Shown: positions 1 to 9,728, numbered from the stretch's first letter. The stretch is DNA of 64,000 nt from Candidatus Omnitrophota bacterium (GCA_003141835.1 PLNR01000009.1:136307-200306), one strand, 5' to 3'. The notes: generated from the sequence alone by a model not told the origin. Made by a program: numbers and translations.

Positions 1-305
1 ACCCTGACCGGATATGTCACCTGGTCCAGGGGATATCCCTCATAAAAATGGAACCTGCCCTCCATCGCGACGACATTCTTGTCCCCGATCTTTCCGAATA
101 CCAGCTCGCCTTTGTGCCCCTTGACCGTAGACACCGGGAAATTCGGTATCTTCCAGTATTCTATGCCCCTCTTCTCTTTTATCTTCTCGGCGAGGTTGCC
201 AAGGCCGGTCCCGAGGATTATCGCGATGTCGATCTTCGGTATCTCTTTGAGTTCGCCCTCTATGAACTTGAGCGTATCTTCGATCTTCTTCTTCAGTTCG
301 TGCAT
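1..305 (-). CDS. punA: purine nucleoside phosphorylase (PNP family I), N-terminal part; gene continues beyond the window start
   Basis: Minus-strand translation from the ATG at 305 reads MHELKKKIEDTLKFIEGELKEIPKIDIAIILGTGLGNLAEKIKEKRGIEYWKIPNFPVSTVKGHKGELVFGKIGDKNVVAMEGRFHFYEGYPLDQVTYPVR. This has the diagnostic PNP motifs GTGLG, IPNFPxSTVxGHxGxLVFG, GRFHxYEGY and PVR. An AAGGAG Shine-Dalgarno sits 7 nt upstream. The frame is open to the window edge. Confidence 0.75.
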   Translation of the reverse strand, partial: MHELKKKIEDTLKFIEGELKEIPKIDIAIILGTGLGNLAEKIKEKRGIEYWKIPNFPVSTVKGHKGELVFGKIGDKNVVAMEGRFHFYEGYPLDQVTYPVR

Positions 306-331
306 TTATTTCTCCTTTATGGGGACGTCCC

Positions 332-634
332 CTACATTCTTAACCTCATAGCCAATTCCAGCAACGTCGGCACAAGAAAATATTTGTTTATGTAATAAAT
401 GACTATCGTAGCGATCCACGGCGAGATGTCGACCGGCCCTAACGACGGTATTAACCTCCTTATCGGCGCCAGGATCGGGTCTGTAGCCCTGTTCAGGAAC
501 TGCACCAGCGGATTGAACGGGTCCGGGTTGACCCAGCTTATTACCGCGCGCAGGAATATAAGGATGCATACAATATTTACCAGCGCTTCGACCAAACGCG
601 CGGCCAGCACTATTAAATTGCTTAACGCGAACAT
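332..634 (-). CDS. yggT: YggT family small membrane protein (Ycf19-like)
   Basis: A 100-aa hydrophobic protein with an ISWV motif, placed directly after proC and yggS in the conserved yggS-proC-yggT arrangement. Confidence 0.75.
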   Translation of the reverse strand: MFALSNLIVLAARLVEALVNIVCILIFLRAVISWVNPDPFNPLVQFLNRATDPILAPIRRLIPSLGPVDISPWIATIVIYYINKYFLVPTLLELAMRLRM

Positions 635-635
635 A

Positions 636-1463
636 TCATTCCCCCGATAATTCTTTTGAGCGGCGGACAGCGGCTGCCACGGCCTTTTCGACTATCCTCT
701 TCATCCCGGAACGGTCGAATACCTTTATCGCCTGTTCGGTCGTGCCGCCCTTTGATGTCACGCGCTGGCGCAAGACGCCGGGTTCTTGTCCCGATCCTAT
801 AAGCAGCCGCGCCGAGCCGAGAGCGGTCTTCGATACGAGCCTCTTTGCCGTAACCCTGTCCATCCCGAGGCTGACAGCTGTCTCTATAAGTGCTTCTTTT
901 AGATAAAAGAAATAGGCCGGCCCGCTTCCCGATACCGCGGTGACAACGTCAAAATGTTTCTCATTTATATTTACCGTCTCACCCACGCTCGAAAATATCT
1001 CATTCGCAGCCTTCAGGTCTTTCGCCGCAGCATACCTGCCTTTGCAGATCGCCGAGATGCCTTCACCCACAAGCGCGGGCGTATTCGGCATCACCCTTAT
1101 GACGCGGGGCTTTGGTATGCGCGCCAGGGCCTTCTCTATCCTGCGGGTCGTTATGCCGGCAGCGATCGAGATATATAACCGGTTTTTACCATAAAAAGAT
1201 ATTTCAGCGAGCACCTCGTCGATATTCTGCGGCTTGACCGCGAAGATGACTATGTCGCAGTGCGCCGCGACCTCGAGTATGGATCTGGTGGTTGCCGATA
1301 TCCCGTATTTCTTAACGGCAGCCGCGCGTTTGGCCGCATCGCTGTCAAAACCTATGATGTTTGCTTTTTTGACGGCGCCGGATGAGAGGAGTCCGTTTAC
1401 TATCGCCCCGCCCATATTCCCTAGGCCGATAACGCCTATTTTTTTATCCGCCAAATATCGCAT
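636..1463 (-). CDS. proC: pyrroline-5-carboxylate reductase
   Basis: 275 aa with the N-terminal Rossmann motif IGVIGLGNMGGAIVNGL and overall ProC-like sequence. Confidence 0.9.
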   Translation of the reverse strand: MRYLADKKIGVIGLGNMGGAIVNGLLSSGAVKKANIIGFDSDAAKRAAAVKKYGISATTRSILEVAAHCDIVIFAVKPQNIDEVLAEISFYGKNRLYISIAAGITTRRIEKALARIPKPRVIRVMPNTPALVGEGISAICKGRYAAAKDLKAANEIFSSVGETVNINEKHFDVVTAVSGSGPAYFFYLKEALIETAVSLGMDRVTAKRLVSKTALGSARLLIGSGQEPGVLRQRVTSKGGTTEQAIKVFDRSGMKRIVEKAVAAAVRRSKELSGE

Positions 1464-2121
1464 GCCCTATCCTCAGTATATTTGCGCCTTCCTCTATCGC
1501 GACCTCGAAATCCTGGGTCATCCCCATGGAAAGATAATCCATCTTTACGTTCCTTATGCTCTTCGCCGAAACGAGTATCGCCACCTTTTTCAGCCTTTGG
1601 AAATACGGCCTCGACTCCTCCGGGTTCTCGGTGAACGGCGCCATCGTCATAAGGCCCATGACCCTTACATTGGGCAGTTCGGCTATCTTTTCCAAGAGCG
1701 GGAGCACCTGCTCAGGCGGTACCCCGTATTTTGTCGCCTCTTCAGAGGTCTTGACCTCTATCAATATCTTTTTAGGATACGAAAGGCCGGCGGAGCGTTT
1801 CGATATCTCCTCGGCCAGTTTCAGCGAATCAACCGAATGGATGAGGTCGAAGATCTGCACGGCCTCCTTGACTTTATTTGTCTGGAGGTGGCCGATAAGG
1901 TGCCACCTGGCCCTGTGCTCGATCGCCTTATATTTTATCTCCGCTGCCTGCACATAGCTTTCGCCTATATCCGTAACGCCGGCTGCGATGGCCTCTTCGA
2001 TCTGCGGGACGCCTACGGTCTTGGTCACGCAGACCAGGGTGATGTCCCGGTCGTTTTTGCCCACGTTCTGGGCAGCCCGACGGACCCGTTCCTTTACCGC
2101 CTGTATATTTTCAGGGATCAT
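1444..2121 (-). CDS. yggS: YggS family pyridoxal-phosphate homeostasis protein
   Basis: 225 aa matching the alanine-racemase-fold YggS family (VCVTKT, GHLQTNK, RIGHAIFG). It overlaps the proC start. Confidence 0.9.
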   Translation of the reverse strand: MIPENIQAVKERVRRAAQNVGKNDRDITLVCVTKTVGVPQIEEAIAAGVTDIGESYVQAAEIKYKAIEHRARWHLIGHLQTNKVKEAVQIFDLIHSVDSLKLAEEISKRSAGLSYPKKILIEVKTSEEATKYGVPPEQVLPLLEKIAELPNVRVMGLMTMAPFTENPEESRPYFQRLKKVAILVSAKSIRNVKMDYLSMGMTQDFEVAIEEGANILRIGHAIFGG

Positions 2122-2124
2122 TTT

Positions 2125-3381
2125 TTAGAAATACTCGCTGAAGATCTGGTTTACCCTGTCCAGTAATTTCCCTAACGGCGTGTTGCCGAAGAAATTCTTC
2201 CGGACTTTTTTCTTCGCACCCTCCCTCGCCCAGTATTTCACGAGTCCCACCGACACGACCTGTCCGGCGCCGGCCCTGGCCATGTCCCCTCCGGAAACTC
2301 CCTTAACCAGTCCCATCTTCACCGGCATGCTGAGATATAATTCCAGCATCTCGAGGAACCCGCCCAGGGAGGTCAAGTCGCCGGCGACTACGCATCCCAT
2401 CGCGGCTTCCTTGGCGGAACACATATCTTTCAGTTTGTCGCCTATCTTTTTAATAAGCCCTTCGGCTTCCGGCCTCACCGCATCGGCGACGGCCTTTCTC
2501 GAGACGGAACGGGTCGACCCTCCCAGCCTCAGGATTACCTTGTCGCTTTCCGGAGAAGCGCTTCCCTGCGCAGCCGGTTCGGCGGCCGCGGGCTTATCGA
2601 GGGTTATCTCGCGCTTTAACAGGTCTGCGGCGTATTCGCCGGGTATCTTAAAGTTATCCGCGATGAGCCCGGACATCCTGCCGCTTCCGGCCGGGATTAT
2701 CTCGATGGACCTTATCTCGCTGCCGTTATAGACGATTATATGAGTGGCCGAATAAGAGATGAATATGAATATGACGCCTAATTCTTTCTCGAGTTCCTCA
2801 AGTATCGCGTGCCCGGCCGCTATGCCGGAAAGGACTATATCCCTGATCTCGAAACCTGCGGTATTTATAGACCTCCTGACGTTGTGGAGGTTGGTCACAA
2901 GGGCGGTCACAAATTCCATGTCAGCCTCGAGCCGCGTGCCGAACATGCCGGTCGGGTCCTTGATCCCGTCCTGGCCGTCGAGGATGAAACCGCGCGTTAC
3001 GGAATGGACTATCTCCCTGTCGAACGGGAGCGCTATCGTCTTGGCGGCCTCGGTCACCCGCTCGACCTCATGTTTGCCTATCTCGTTCTCTTTCTCGGCG
3101 ACGGTCACGCTACCCTTGGTATTATATACGCGCAGGCTCGAGCCGTCGCAGTTCGTTACCAGTGATACGACCTTCGTCTTCGCCGCGGCCTCGGCCTTTT
3201 CGACGGCTGACGCCACCGATAAGGCCACTTCGCTTATATCCGATATCGTCCCGTTGTCGATTCCGCGGGACGGGACAGACGCGGACCCGAGGAGCGCGAC
3301 AGTATCCTTCTCCTCGGTCGAGCAGATCGAGCAGGTCACGAAGTCTTCGCTTATATCCAGGCCGGCCAATATCTTCTTCAT
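2125..3381 (-). CDS. ftsA: cell division protein FtsA
   Basis: 418 aa with an actin-like fold and an amphipathic C-terminal tail. It follows ftsQ with a 4-nt overlap. Confidence 0.9.
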   Translation of the reverse strand: MKKILAGLDISEDFVTCSICSTEEKDTVALLGSASVPSRGIDNGTISDISEVALSVASAVEKAEAAAKTKVVSLVTNCDGSSLRVYNTKGSVTVAEKENEIGKHEVERVTEAAKTIALPFDREIVHSVTRGFILDGQDGIKDPTGMFGTRLEADMEFVTALVTNLHNVRRSINTAGFEIRDIVLSGIAAGHAILEELEKELGVIFIFISYSATHIIVYNGSEIRSIEIIPAGSGRMSGLIADNFKIPGEYAADLLKREITLDKPAAAEPAAQGSASPESDKVILRLGGSTRSVSRKAVADAVRPEAEGLIKKIGDKLKDMCSAKEAAMGCVVAGDLTSLGGFLEMLELYLSMPVKMGLVKGVSGGDMARAGAGQVVSVGLVKYWAREGAKKKVRKNFFGNTPLGKLLDRVNQIFSEYF

Positions 3382-4175
3382 TTCTTTTCCGGTTTAAACG
3401 TCACCGCGGCATCGGTGAACCTGAGGTCTATCGAATCGATCTTCGACCTGTCCACTTTGGGATTGCTTAGCGCGTCGGCCAAAGAGTCTAGCTTCCTGTC
3501 GAAATCGTTATTGCCGACCACTATAGTCATCCCGTCCATGATGAAAAAAGCCTTATCCGGGTATGTCATATCGATGGCGGTGACCGCGGACTTCCCGAAT
3601 TCCTTCCTCGCGTTTATTCGCCGGAGGATATCGAGGGCCGTGCTTACCCTCCGGGACTTCACCCTCGTGCCCGCCTTAGGGTCCGCAAGCTGGGACTCCA
3701 GGCCGGTGATAAGGGGAAGTGAATCAAGGCTGCCCGTATCCGAGACGATGACGCCGTCGAAATCGACCGGCAGGACCTTCCCTACCCGTATCCTTGCCAC
3801 CGCCTCCCTGTCCTTTATTCTGGCGACGATGCGGTTCGGCAGGAACTTGGTTATTATCACGATCTGGAATTCGGGGTGCGCCGCTTTTATCTTTCCTGCG
3901 AGCGCCGCAGTGTCTACCGTGAAAAAATTGACGGGGTATTCGAGGTTGAAATATTCTTTCTGCATATATAAGTTCCCCTCAGTGCCGGGTTTTACTATCT
4001 CAACCTTCTTCACCTCGAAACATTGCGCGCCGGAGAGGAAATCACTGAACCACAGGATGGTCGCGGCCAGGACCAACACAAATATAAAAAAGACCACGAC
4101 GGCAACCTTGTTGCGTTTTATGAAATAACCGGCCTGTCTTGAGGCTTCTGAACCTGATTTTCTTTTTCTAGCCAT
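3378..4175 (-). CDS. ftsQ: cell division protein FtsQ/DivIB (single TM plus POTRA domain)
   Basis: 265 aa with an N-terminal transmembrane segment and a POTRA-like region, located between ddl and ftsA. Confidence 0.8.
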   Translation of the reverse strand: MARKRKSGSEASRQAGYFIKRNKVAVVVFFIFVLVLAATILWFSDFLSGAQCFEVKKVEIVKPGTEGNLYMQKEYFNLEYPVNFFTVDTAALAGKIKAAHPEFQIVIITKFLPNRIVARIKDREAVARIRVGKVLPVDFDGVIVSDTGSLDSLPLITGLESQLADPKAGTRVKSRRVSTALDILRRINARKEFGKSAVTAIDMTYPDKAFFIMDGMTIVVGNNDFDRKLDSLADALSNPKVDRSKIDSIDLRFTDAAVTFKPEKK

Positions 4176-4176
4176 A

Positions 4177-5079
4177 TTATTTAAAAGCCGATTCGAGCAT
4201 CTTTTCGCATAATAATGGGAAATCTATTCCTCTCGCCTTCGCCGCCTTCGGCAAAAGGCTGAGCTGCGTCATCCCGGGTATCGTATTCACCTCTAGGACG
4301 ACTATCTTCCCTTCATCGTCAAGTATCATATCGACCCTCGAGAAAGACCTGCAGCTGAGGGCGTTATGCGCCCTGATGCCGGCATCCTGCGCGAGCCTCG
4401 CCTCGCCTTCCTGGATCGGGGCGGGACATAGGTACTCGGTCATCCCGGCCGTATATTTTGCGATCTCATCGTAATAGCGCCTTTTCGGGACAACCTGTAT
4501 CACGGGAAGCGGTTTGCCTTCGAGAATTCCCACGGTAAGTTCTTTGCCGTGGATGAACTCCTCAAGGAGCACTTGGTCGCCGAACTTGAACGCCTCCTTG
4601 ATCGCGGCGTCCAACTCCTCGATCTTGTCTATTATGGAGACCCCTACCGAAGAGCCCTGCGCCGAAGGCTTGACGACTACCGGCGCCTGGAATTTCAGTT
4701 TTGGTTTTGAACCGTTATTTACCACATTGTATCCCGGGATGTTGAGCCCGGCCTTCTTGAACAATTTACGCGAGGCGATCTTGTCCATTCCGAGCTGGCT
4801 AGCTTTTACCTTTGAGCCGGTATAGGGTATCTTAAGATCCTCGAGTATCGCCTGTATCTGGCCGTCTTCGCCGAATGTCCCGTGCAGGGCTATGAAGGCG
4901 GCGTCGATGCCGGCAGACCTAAGCTCGTCCCTCGTCGGAAGCCATATCTCGATCGGGACGGCGTTATATCCTTTGCTTAAAAGCGCGTCGGTGATCGCCC
5001 TGCCGGAGCGCAGGGAAACCTCCCTCTCAGCGGATGGCCCTCCCATCAGCACGCCTATCCGCAAACCCACCTTATCCAT
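4177..5079 (-). CDS. ddl: D-alanine--D-alanine ligase
   Basis: 300 aa with the Ddl N-terminus (IGVLMGGPSAEREVSLRSG) and an ATP-grasp body. Confidence 0.9.
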   Translation of the reverse strand: MDKVGLRIGVLMGGPSAEREVSLRSGRAITDALLSKGYNAVPIEIWLPTRDELRSAGIDAAFIALHGTFGEDGQIQAILEDLKIPYTGSKVKASQLGMDKIASRKLFKKAGLNIPGYNVVNNGSKPKLKFQAPVVVKPSAQGSSVGVSIIDKIEELDAAIKEAFKFGDQVLLEEFIHGKELTVGILEGKPLPVIQVVPKRRYYDEIAKYTAGMTEYLCPAPIQEGEARLAQDAGIRAHNALSCRSFSRVDMILDDEGKIVVLEVNTIPGMTQLSLLPKAAKARGIDFPLLCEKMLESAFK

Positions 5080-5918
5080 TAAAACTCTCCTATCAATTTA
5101 GTCTCTAATTTTAACATAATTTGATGTTCTTTAAAAACTATTTTTTGTATCTCATCTATTAATTTCTTTACGTCGGAGGCCGTGGCGTTCGCCCTGTTTA
5201 TTATGAAGTTCGCGTGCTTCTCGGAGACAGCCGCGCCGCCTTCCTGCTTCCCCCTTAAGCCGCACTTGTCTATGACCTCCCATGCCGGCGAATTGCCTGA
5301 CGGGTTAAGGAAGATGCTTCCCACGCTGGGATAGCCGAGCTCCTGCGTTTTCCTCTTCTTTTCCAAATTTTTCTTTATCTCGGCCTCGATCTTATCCTTG
5401 GCTTTCTTTTCCAGCTTGAGTTTGGCCGAAACCAGGACCAACCCTTCGAGATTTGATGAACGGTACGAGAATTTCAGCCCGCTTTTATCAAGCCTGGGCT
5501 TTTCAAGGCCTTTGAGCGCGGTTATCTCCTCGACGAGGTCCCCTATCGCCTTGGACGGCCAGCCCGCATTCATCGTAAGCGCGCCGCCGAGCGTCCCGGG
5601 TATGCCGGCGAGGAATTCAAGCCCGCCCAGATCCTTCTCCGAGGCCTCCTTTATCAGCTCGTGGACCTTTATACCGCAACCAGCGACAACTGTCTCCCCG
5701 TCGAATTCAATCCCGTTAAATGCCGGCGCAGACAATGATATTACAAACCCGCGGATGCCCTTGTCTCCGACCAGGAGCTTGCTTCCGCCGCCTATTATGA
5801 AGTGATCTATCTTATGCGACTCGGAATAACGTAGGATATTCCGCAGATCGTCAATGTCCTCAGGGCAGACAAAAATATCCGCCGGGCCGCCGATCTTGAA
5901 CGTCGTATGGCGGCTCAT
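5079..5918 (-). CDS. murB: UDP-N-acetylenolpyruvoylglucosamine reductase
   Basis: 279 aa with an FAD-binding MurB N-terminus (FKIGGPADIFV...IIGGGSKLLV). Confidence 0.9.
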   Translation of the reverse strand: MSRHTTFKIGGPADIFVCPEDIDDLRNILRYSESHKIDHFIIGGGSKLLVGDKGIRGFVISLSAPAFNGIEFDGETVVAGCGIKVHELIKEASEKDLGGLEFLAGIPGTLGGALTMNAGWPSKAIGDLVEEITALKGLEKPRLDKSGLKFSYRSSNLEGLVLVSAKLKLEKKAKDKIEAEIKKNLEKKRKTQELGYPSVGSIFLNPSGNSPAWEVIDKCGLRGKQEGGAAVSEKHANFIINRANATASDVKKLIDEIQKIVFKEHQIMLKLETKLIGEF

Positions 5919-5953
5919 CGGTTCATCGAGCTTTATTTCGCCCCTGATGAAAC

Positions 5954-7354
5954 TTAAATCTTCTTTTTCGATCTCTTACCCCTTTTTTTCGAGAGCTCCT
6001 GCGCCACTTCCCCTGCTATAGAGGTGATATCACCGGCGCCCATCATCAGTACCATGTCGCCGCGTTTTATCTCTTTTAAGATATATTCCTTCAACCCTTT
6101 TTTAGGCAGGTATACGACGTCTTTATGGCCGTGCCTTTTCACTTCCTCATAAATGCTTTTACCGGAGATATTATCGATCTCGTCTTCTGACGCCGCGTAG
6201 ATATCCGTAAGTATAAGTTTATCCGCCGCGTCGAAGCAGGCAGCGAACCGGTCCTTCAGGTATTTTGTGCGCGAGAAACGGTGCGGTTGGAACGCGACTA
6301 TCAGCCGCTTGGGCTTCCAATTCCTGGCCGCGAGTATCGTCGCATTTATCTCGGCAGGATGGTGCGCGTAATCGTCTATCACTTTTATCCCGTTCCCCGA
6401 ATACCTTACCTGGAACCTGCGCGCGGCGCCGGTGAAATCCTCGACCGCCTTCTTTATCGTATCGAAATCGAGGCCGAGCTCCAGCGCCACGGCGAACGCG
6501 GCCATGGCGTTCGAGACGTTATGTATGCCCGGGATGTTTATGGCTGCCGGCCCGAGCCTTTTGCCACGGTAGACTATCTCGAACTCGGAATGTGAGTCGT
6601 GCATCTTTATCTTCTCGGGGTATATGTCGCGGCCTGCCGTAAGCCCGAAAGTGACGACTTTCTTCTCGTAACCGCGGAGCGCCCGCTTTAAGTTATCGCA
6701 GTCGCCGCACGCGAAGAGTTTCCCGCCCGGTTTTATCTTCTCTATGAATTTCAGGTACCAGGATATGATCTCGCCCATGTTCCTGTAATAGTCGAGGTGC
6801 TCGGCGTCGATATTCGTGATAACGCTGTAGAATGGTTTCAAATGGACGAAGGAACCGTCACTCTCGTCGGCCTCGACCACAAAATGCTCGCCCTTGCCCA
6901 CCCTGGCATTGCCCTCCAGCGATTTAACTTCGCCGCCCAGGATCGCGGTAGGGTCGAGCCCGGCCCTGTACAGGATATGGGCGATGAGCGATGATGTCGT
7001 CGTCTTGCCGTGGGCGCCGGTAACGGCGATCCCTTTCCTGCCGTTCATTATGAGCGCGAGCATATCGGCGCGGTGGAGAGTGGTTATCTTTTTATTGCGC
7101 GCGGCCTTAAGCTCCGGGTTCTCCGGCGTGATCGATGACGAGAATACGACGATATCGGCGCCTTCTATGTTCCTCTCGTGATGGCCTTCCCGGAACTTCC
7201 CGCCGAGCGATTCGAGCTTCTCCACGATGCGCGAACGCTTGACGTCCGAGCCTGAGACCTTATGGCCCTGCTTGAGCAGGACGAAGGCGATCGCGCTCAT
7301 CCCGATGCCGCCGATGCCGATAAAATGTATATGCTTCTTACCTTTAAGTTTCAT
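5954..7354 (-). CDS. murC: UDP-N-acetylmuramate--L-alanine ligase
   Basis: 466 aa with a Mur ligase P-loop (GAHGKTTT) and the MurC N-terminus (HFIGIGGIGMSAIA). Confidence 0.92.
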   Translation of the reverse strand: MKLKGKKHIHFIGIGGIGMSAIAFVLLKQGHKVSGSDVKRSRIVEKLESLGGKFREGHHERNIEGADIVVFSSSITPENPELKAARNKKITTLHRADMLALIMNGRKGIAVTGAHGKTTTSSLIAHILYRAGLDPTAILGGEVKSLEGNARVGKGEHFVVEADESDGSFVHLKPFYSVITNIDAEHLDYYRNMGEIISWYLKFIEKIKPGGKLFACGDCDNLKRALRGYEKKVVTFGLTAGRDIYPEKIKMHDSHSEFEIVYRGKRLGPAAINIPGIHNVSNAMAAFAVALELGLDFDTIKKAVEDFTGAARRFQVRYSGNGIKVIDDYAHHPAEINATILAARNWKPKRLIVAFQPHRFSRTKYLKDRFAACFDAADKLILTDIYAASEDEIDNISGKSIYEEVKRHGHKDVVYLPKKGLKEYILKEIKRGDMVLMMGAGDITSIAGEVAQELSKKRGKRSKKKI

Positions 7355-7370
7355 AGCCTTCCTATATATT

Positions 7371-7481
7371 CCTTGAAATTTAAGTCTCGCTTGGCCTTAG
7401 CTCCCAGTCAATCGGTTCGCTCGGGCTTTCTTTATTCCTCGTCCCGCAACGGCGGGACTGTGGCATAAATCGCCTCTTCGC
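7371..7481. repeat. intergenic repeat element, copy A, with an internal perfect hairpin GTCCCGC-AACG-GCGGGAC
   Basis: CCTTGAAATTTAAGTCTCGCTTGGCC ... TTTCTTTATTCCTCG ... CATAAATCGCCTCTTCGC. The same flanks recur at 18806-18886 with a different central hairpin. Confidence 0.6.
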
Positions 7482-7505
7482 TTACCGGATTGCCTGGTCG
7501 CAACG

Positions 7506-8612
7506 TCAAGTTAGTATACAATCAGCAAGACGCTTAGCCGCATCTGGAACAGCAAATTTTTTCGCCGCGACGGACATCGACCTTAACTTCGCCTTGTCGT
7601 CCTTCAACTCAAATATTTTTTCCTTCAGCATCTGCGGCGTCAGGCCGAACTCGTCCATGATGACCGTCCCGCCGGCATTTTCGAGCGCGGCGGCGTTATG
7701 GTACTGGTGCCCGCCGGCGAACCTGTAAGGTACCATTATCGAAGGCTTGCCCAGCGCGGCGATTTCGAACAGCGCAGTCGCGCCTGCACGCGAGACGATG
7801 AGGTCTGCCATCGCATACGAATATCCTATATCCTCGACAAAGTCGCATACGCAGCCGTCCACGCCGCTCCCTTCGTATCTCTTCCGCACATCATCGATGT
7901 TCCTTATGCCTGCGATGTGCAATATATTTATCGCTTTCTTCTCTTCCGCGTCCAAAATGCCGAGCATGCCGCTCACTATCTCGTTTATCTTCCGCGAGCC
8001 CTGGCTCCCTCCCAGGATAAGGACCGTGAACTTTGACGGGTCCAGTTTATAATATTTCAGCGCGTCTTCTTTTCTTACCGACAGGAGTTTCTTGCGTATC
8101 GGGTTTCCGGTAAATACCCCCTTATTACCGAATGTTTTTATGGTATCCTTGAAACTTACTGCAACACGCCTCGCCAAAAGCGCCAGTATTTTATTTGCCA
8201 GCCCGGCCTCGCAATTCTGCTCATGGAGAATAAGCGGTTTACCCATGAGCGCGGCAAATTTGCATATTGGGAAAGACGCGTACCCGCCGAAACCGACGAC
8301 GATGTCCGGCTTGTATCCAAATAATAATTTTATCGACTTAAAGCAGGCCGAGGTGAACCGCGCGAGGAATTTCATGAACTCCACCGGGTTCGCTGAAAGT
8401 TTCGCCACAGGCATAAGCCTGTACGGGATGCCGAATGACCCGAAGAGTTTCACCTCGAGGGGATGGTCTGTCCCTACCAGCAGGAGATCTGATACGCCCC
8501 TCTCTTTAAGTTCCTGCGCGAGGCTTAACCCGGGGAAGATATGGCCCCCCGTACCGCCGCACGCGATAAGTATCTTCATCCCATTTATATAATGTTTATG
8601 GTCGGGATTCAC
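7506..8612 (-). CDS. murG: UDP-N-acetylglucosamine--N-acetylmuramyl-(pentapeptide) pyrophosphoryl-undecaprenol N-acetylglucosamine transferase
   Basis: 368 aa with the MurG motif GGTGGH and a dcw-cluster position. Confidence 0.92.
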   Translation of the reverse strand: MNPDHKHYINGMKILIACGGTGGHIFPGLSLAQELKERGVSDLLLVGTDHPLEVKLFGSFGIPYRLMPVAKLSANPVEFMKFLARFTSACFKSIKLLFGYKPDIVVGFGGYASFPICKFAALMGKPLILHEQNCEAGLANKILALLARRVAVSFKDTIKTFGNKGVFTGNPIRKKLLSVRKEDALKYYKLDPSKFTVLILGGSQGSRKINEIVSGMLGILDAEEKKAINILHIAGIRNIDDVRKRYEGSGVDGCVCDFVEDIGYSYAMADLIVSRAGATALFEIAALGKPSIMVPYRFAGGHQYHNAAALENAGGTVIMDEFGLTPQMLKEKIFELKDDKAKLRSMSVAAKKFAVPDAAKRLADCILT

Positions 8613-9722
8613 TTAAATTTCTTCCTTCTCGTAAGGGCTCTCGCTGTATTTGGCGATATTGAGCAAGAGCGCCACGCCTATCATGTCGAAGACGAGCGAC
8701 GAACCTCCGTAACTTATGAACGGCAGCGGAAGGCCTTTCGTCGGAATGGATCCGGTAGCTACAGCTATATTTATTATCGCCTCGAGAGCTATGACCGAGA
8801 CGACGCCCAGCGCGACCAGGTGCCCGAATAGGTCCCTCGCCCTCAATGCTATCCTGAAACCCAGCCAGATGAAGAGCGCGAAAAGGATTATCACTGCGGC
8901 CGCGCCCACCAGCCCGAGCTCCTCGCCGATTATCGAGAATATGAAATCCGTATGCGCGCCCGGCAGGTAAAGCAATTTTTGCCGCGACTGGCCGAGGCCG
9001 ACGCCGAACGGGCCGCCGGATCCGAGCGCTATAAAAGACTGGATTATCTGGAACCCGACGCCTTGCGGGTCTTTCCAGGGATCCCAAAAAGCCACGATCC
9101 TCCTCATCCTGTAGGCCTTATGGAATATGAGCACGCCCAGTACCGGTATCGAGCCCAACAGCATCGGGACGAGGTGCCTTAATTTTATCCCGGCGACGAA
9201 GAGCATCATGAACGAGACGGCGCTTATCGCGACCGCCGTGCCGAGGTCAGGCTCGAGCAGGATCAGCCCGACGCTGAAACCGAGTATTATCATCGGCGGC
9301 ACGAAGCCTTCCCAGAAACTCTTTATCTCGCTTTGTTTCCTCGAAAGGAAATCGGCGAAATAGAGTATCATCACTATCTTGCACACCTGCGACGGTTGGA
9401 AGCTGAGGAACGAGAACCTGAACCATCGCCTCGCGCCGGCTATCTCGCGGCTTATCCCCGGGATGAGGACAAGCAACAGCAAAAAGAACGTGGCTATGAG
9501 GACCGGTTTCACATATTTCTTCAGGGATACGTAATCGACGGACATGACCATCAACGACGCCACTATGCCGATAATAAGATACAGCAGGTGGCGCTTGAGG
9601 TAATAGGCGCTGTCCTTCATGAATTCCTGGGCGCTTATCGCGCTGGCGCTGTAGACCATCACAACGCCGATCGCGAGGAGCACGACAGTCACCATGAAAA
9701 GCTGCGTCCGAAGTTTTCTCAC
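8613..9722 (-). CDS. ftsW: peptidoglycan glycosyltransferase FtsW (SEDS family)
   Basis: 369-aa polytopic membrane protein of the SEDS family, between murD and murG. Confidence 0.9.
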   Translation of the reverse strand: MRKLRTQLFMVTVVLLAIGVVMVYSASAISAQEFMKDSAYYLKRHLLYLIIGIVASLMVMSVDYVSLKKYVKPVLIATFFLLLLVLIPGISREIAGARRWFRFSFLSFQPSQVCKIVMILYFADFLSRKQSEIKSFWEGFVPPMIILGFSVGLILLEPDLGTAVAISAVSFMMLFVAGIKLRHLVPMLLGSIPVLGVLIFHKAYRMRRIVAFWDPWKDPQGVGFQIIQSFIALGSGGPFGVGLGQSRQKLLYLPGAHTDFIFSIIGEELGLVGAAAVIILFALFIWLGFRIALRARDLFGHLVALGVVSVIALEAIINIAVATGSIPTKGLPLPFISYGGSSLVFDMIGVALLLNIAKYSESPYEKEEI

Positions 9723-9728
9723 CCCGCC

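Noticed and set aside
48-395. A 115-aa plus-strand ORF at the window start.
   Set aside because: It is antisense to the purine nucleoside phosphorylase N-terminus, whose motifs (IPNFPxSTVxGHxG, GRFHxYEGY) are unmistakable on the minus strand.
306-569. An 87-aa minus-strand ORF overlapping yggT.
   Set aside because: It is an alternative frame of the yggT region. The yggT frame gives a coherent hydrophobic YggT-like protein, while this frame is Gly/Pro/Ala-rich with no family resemblance.
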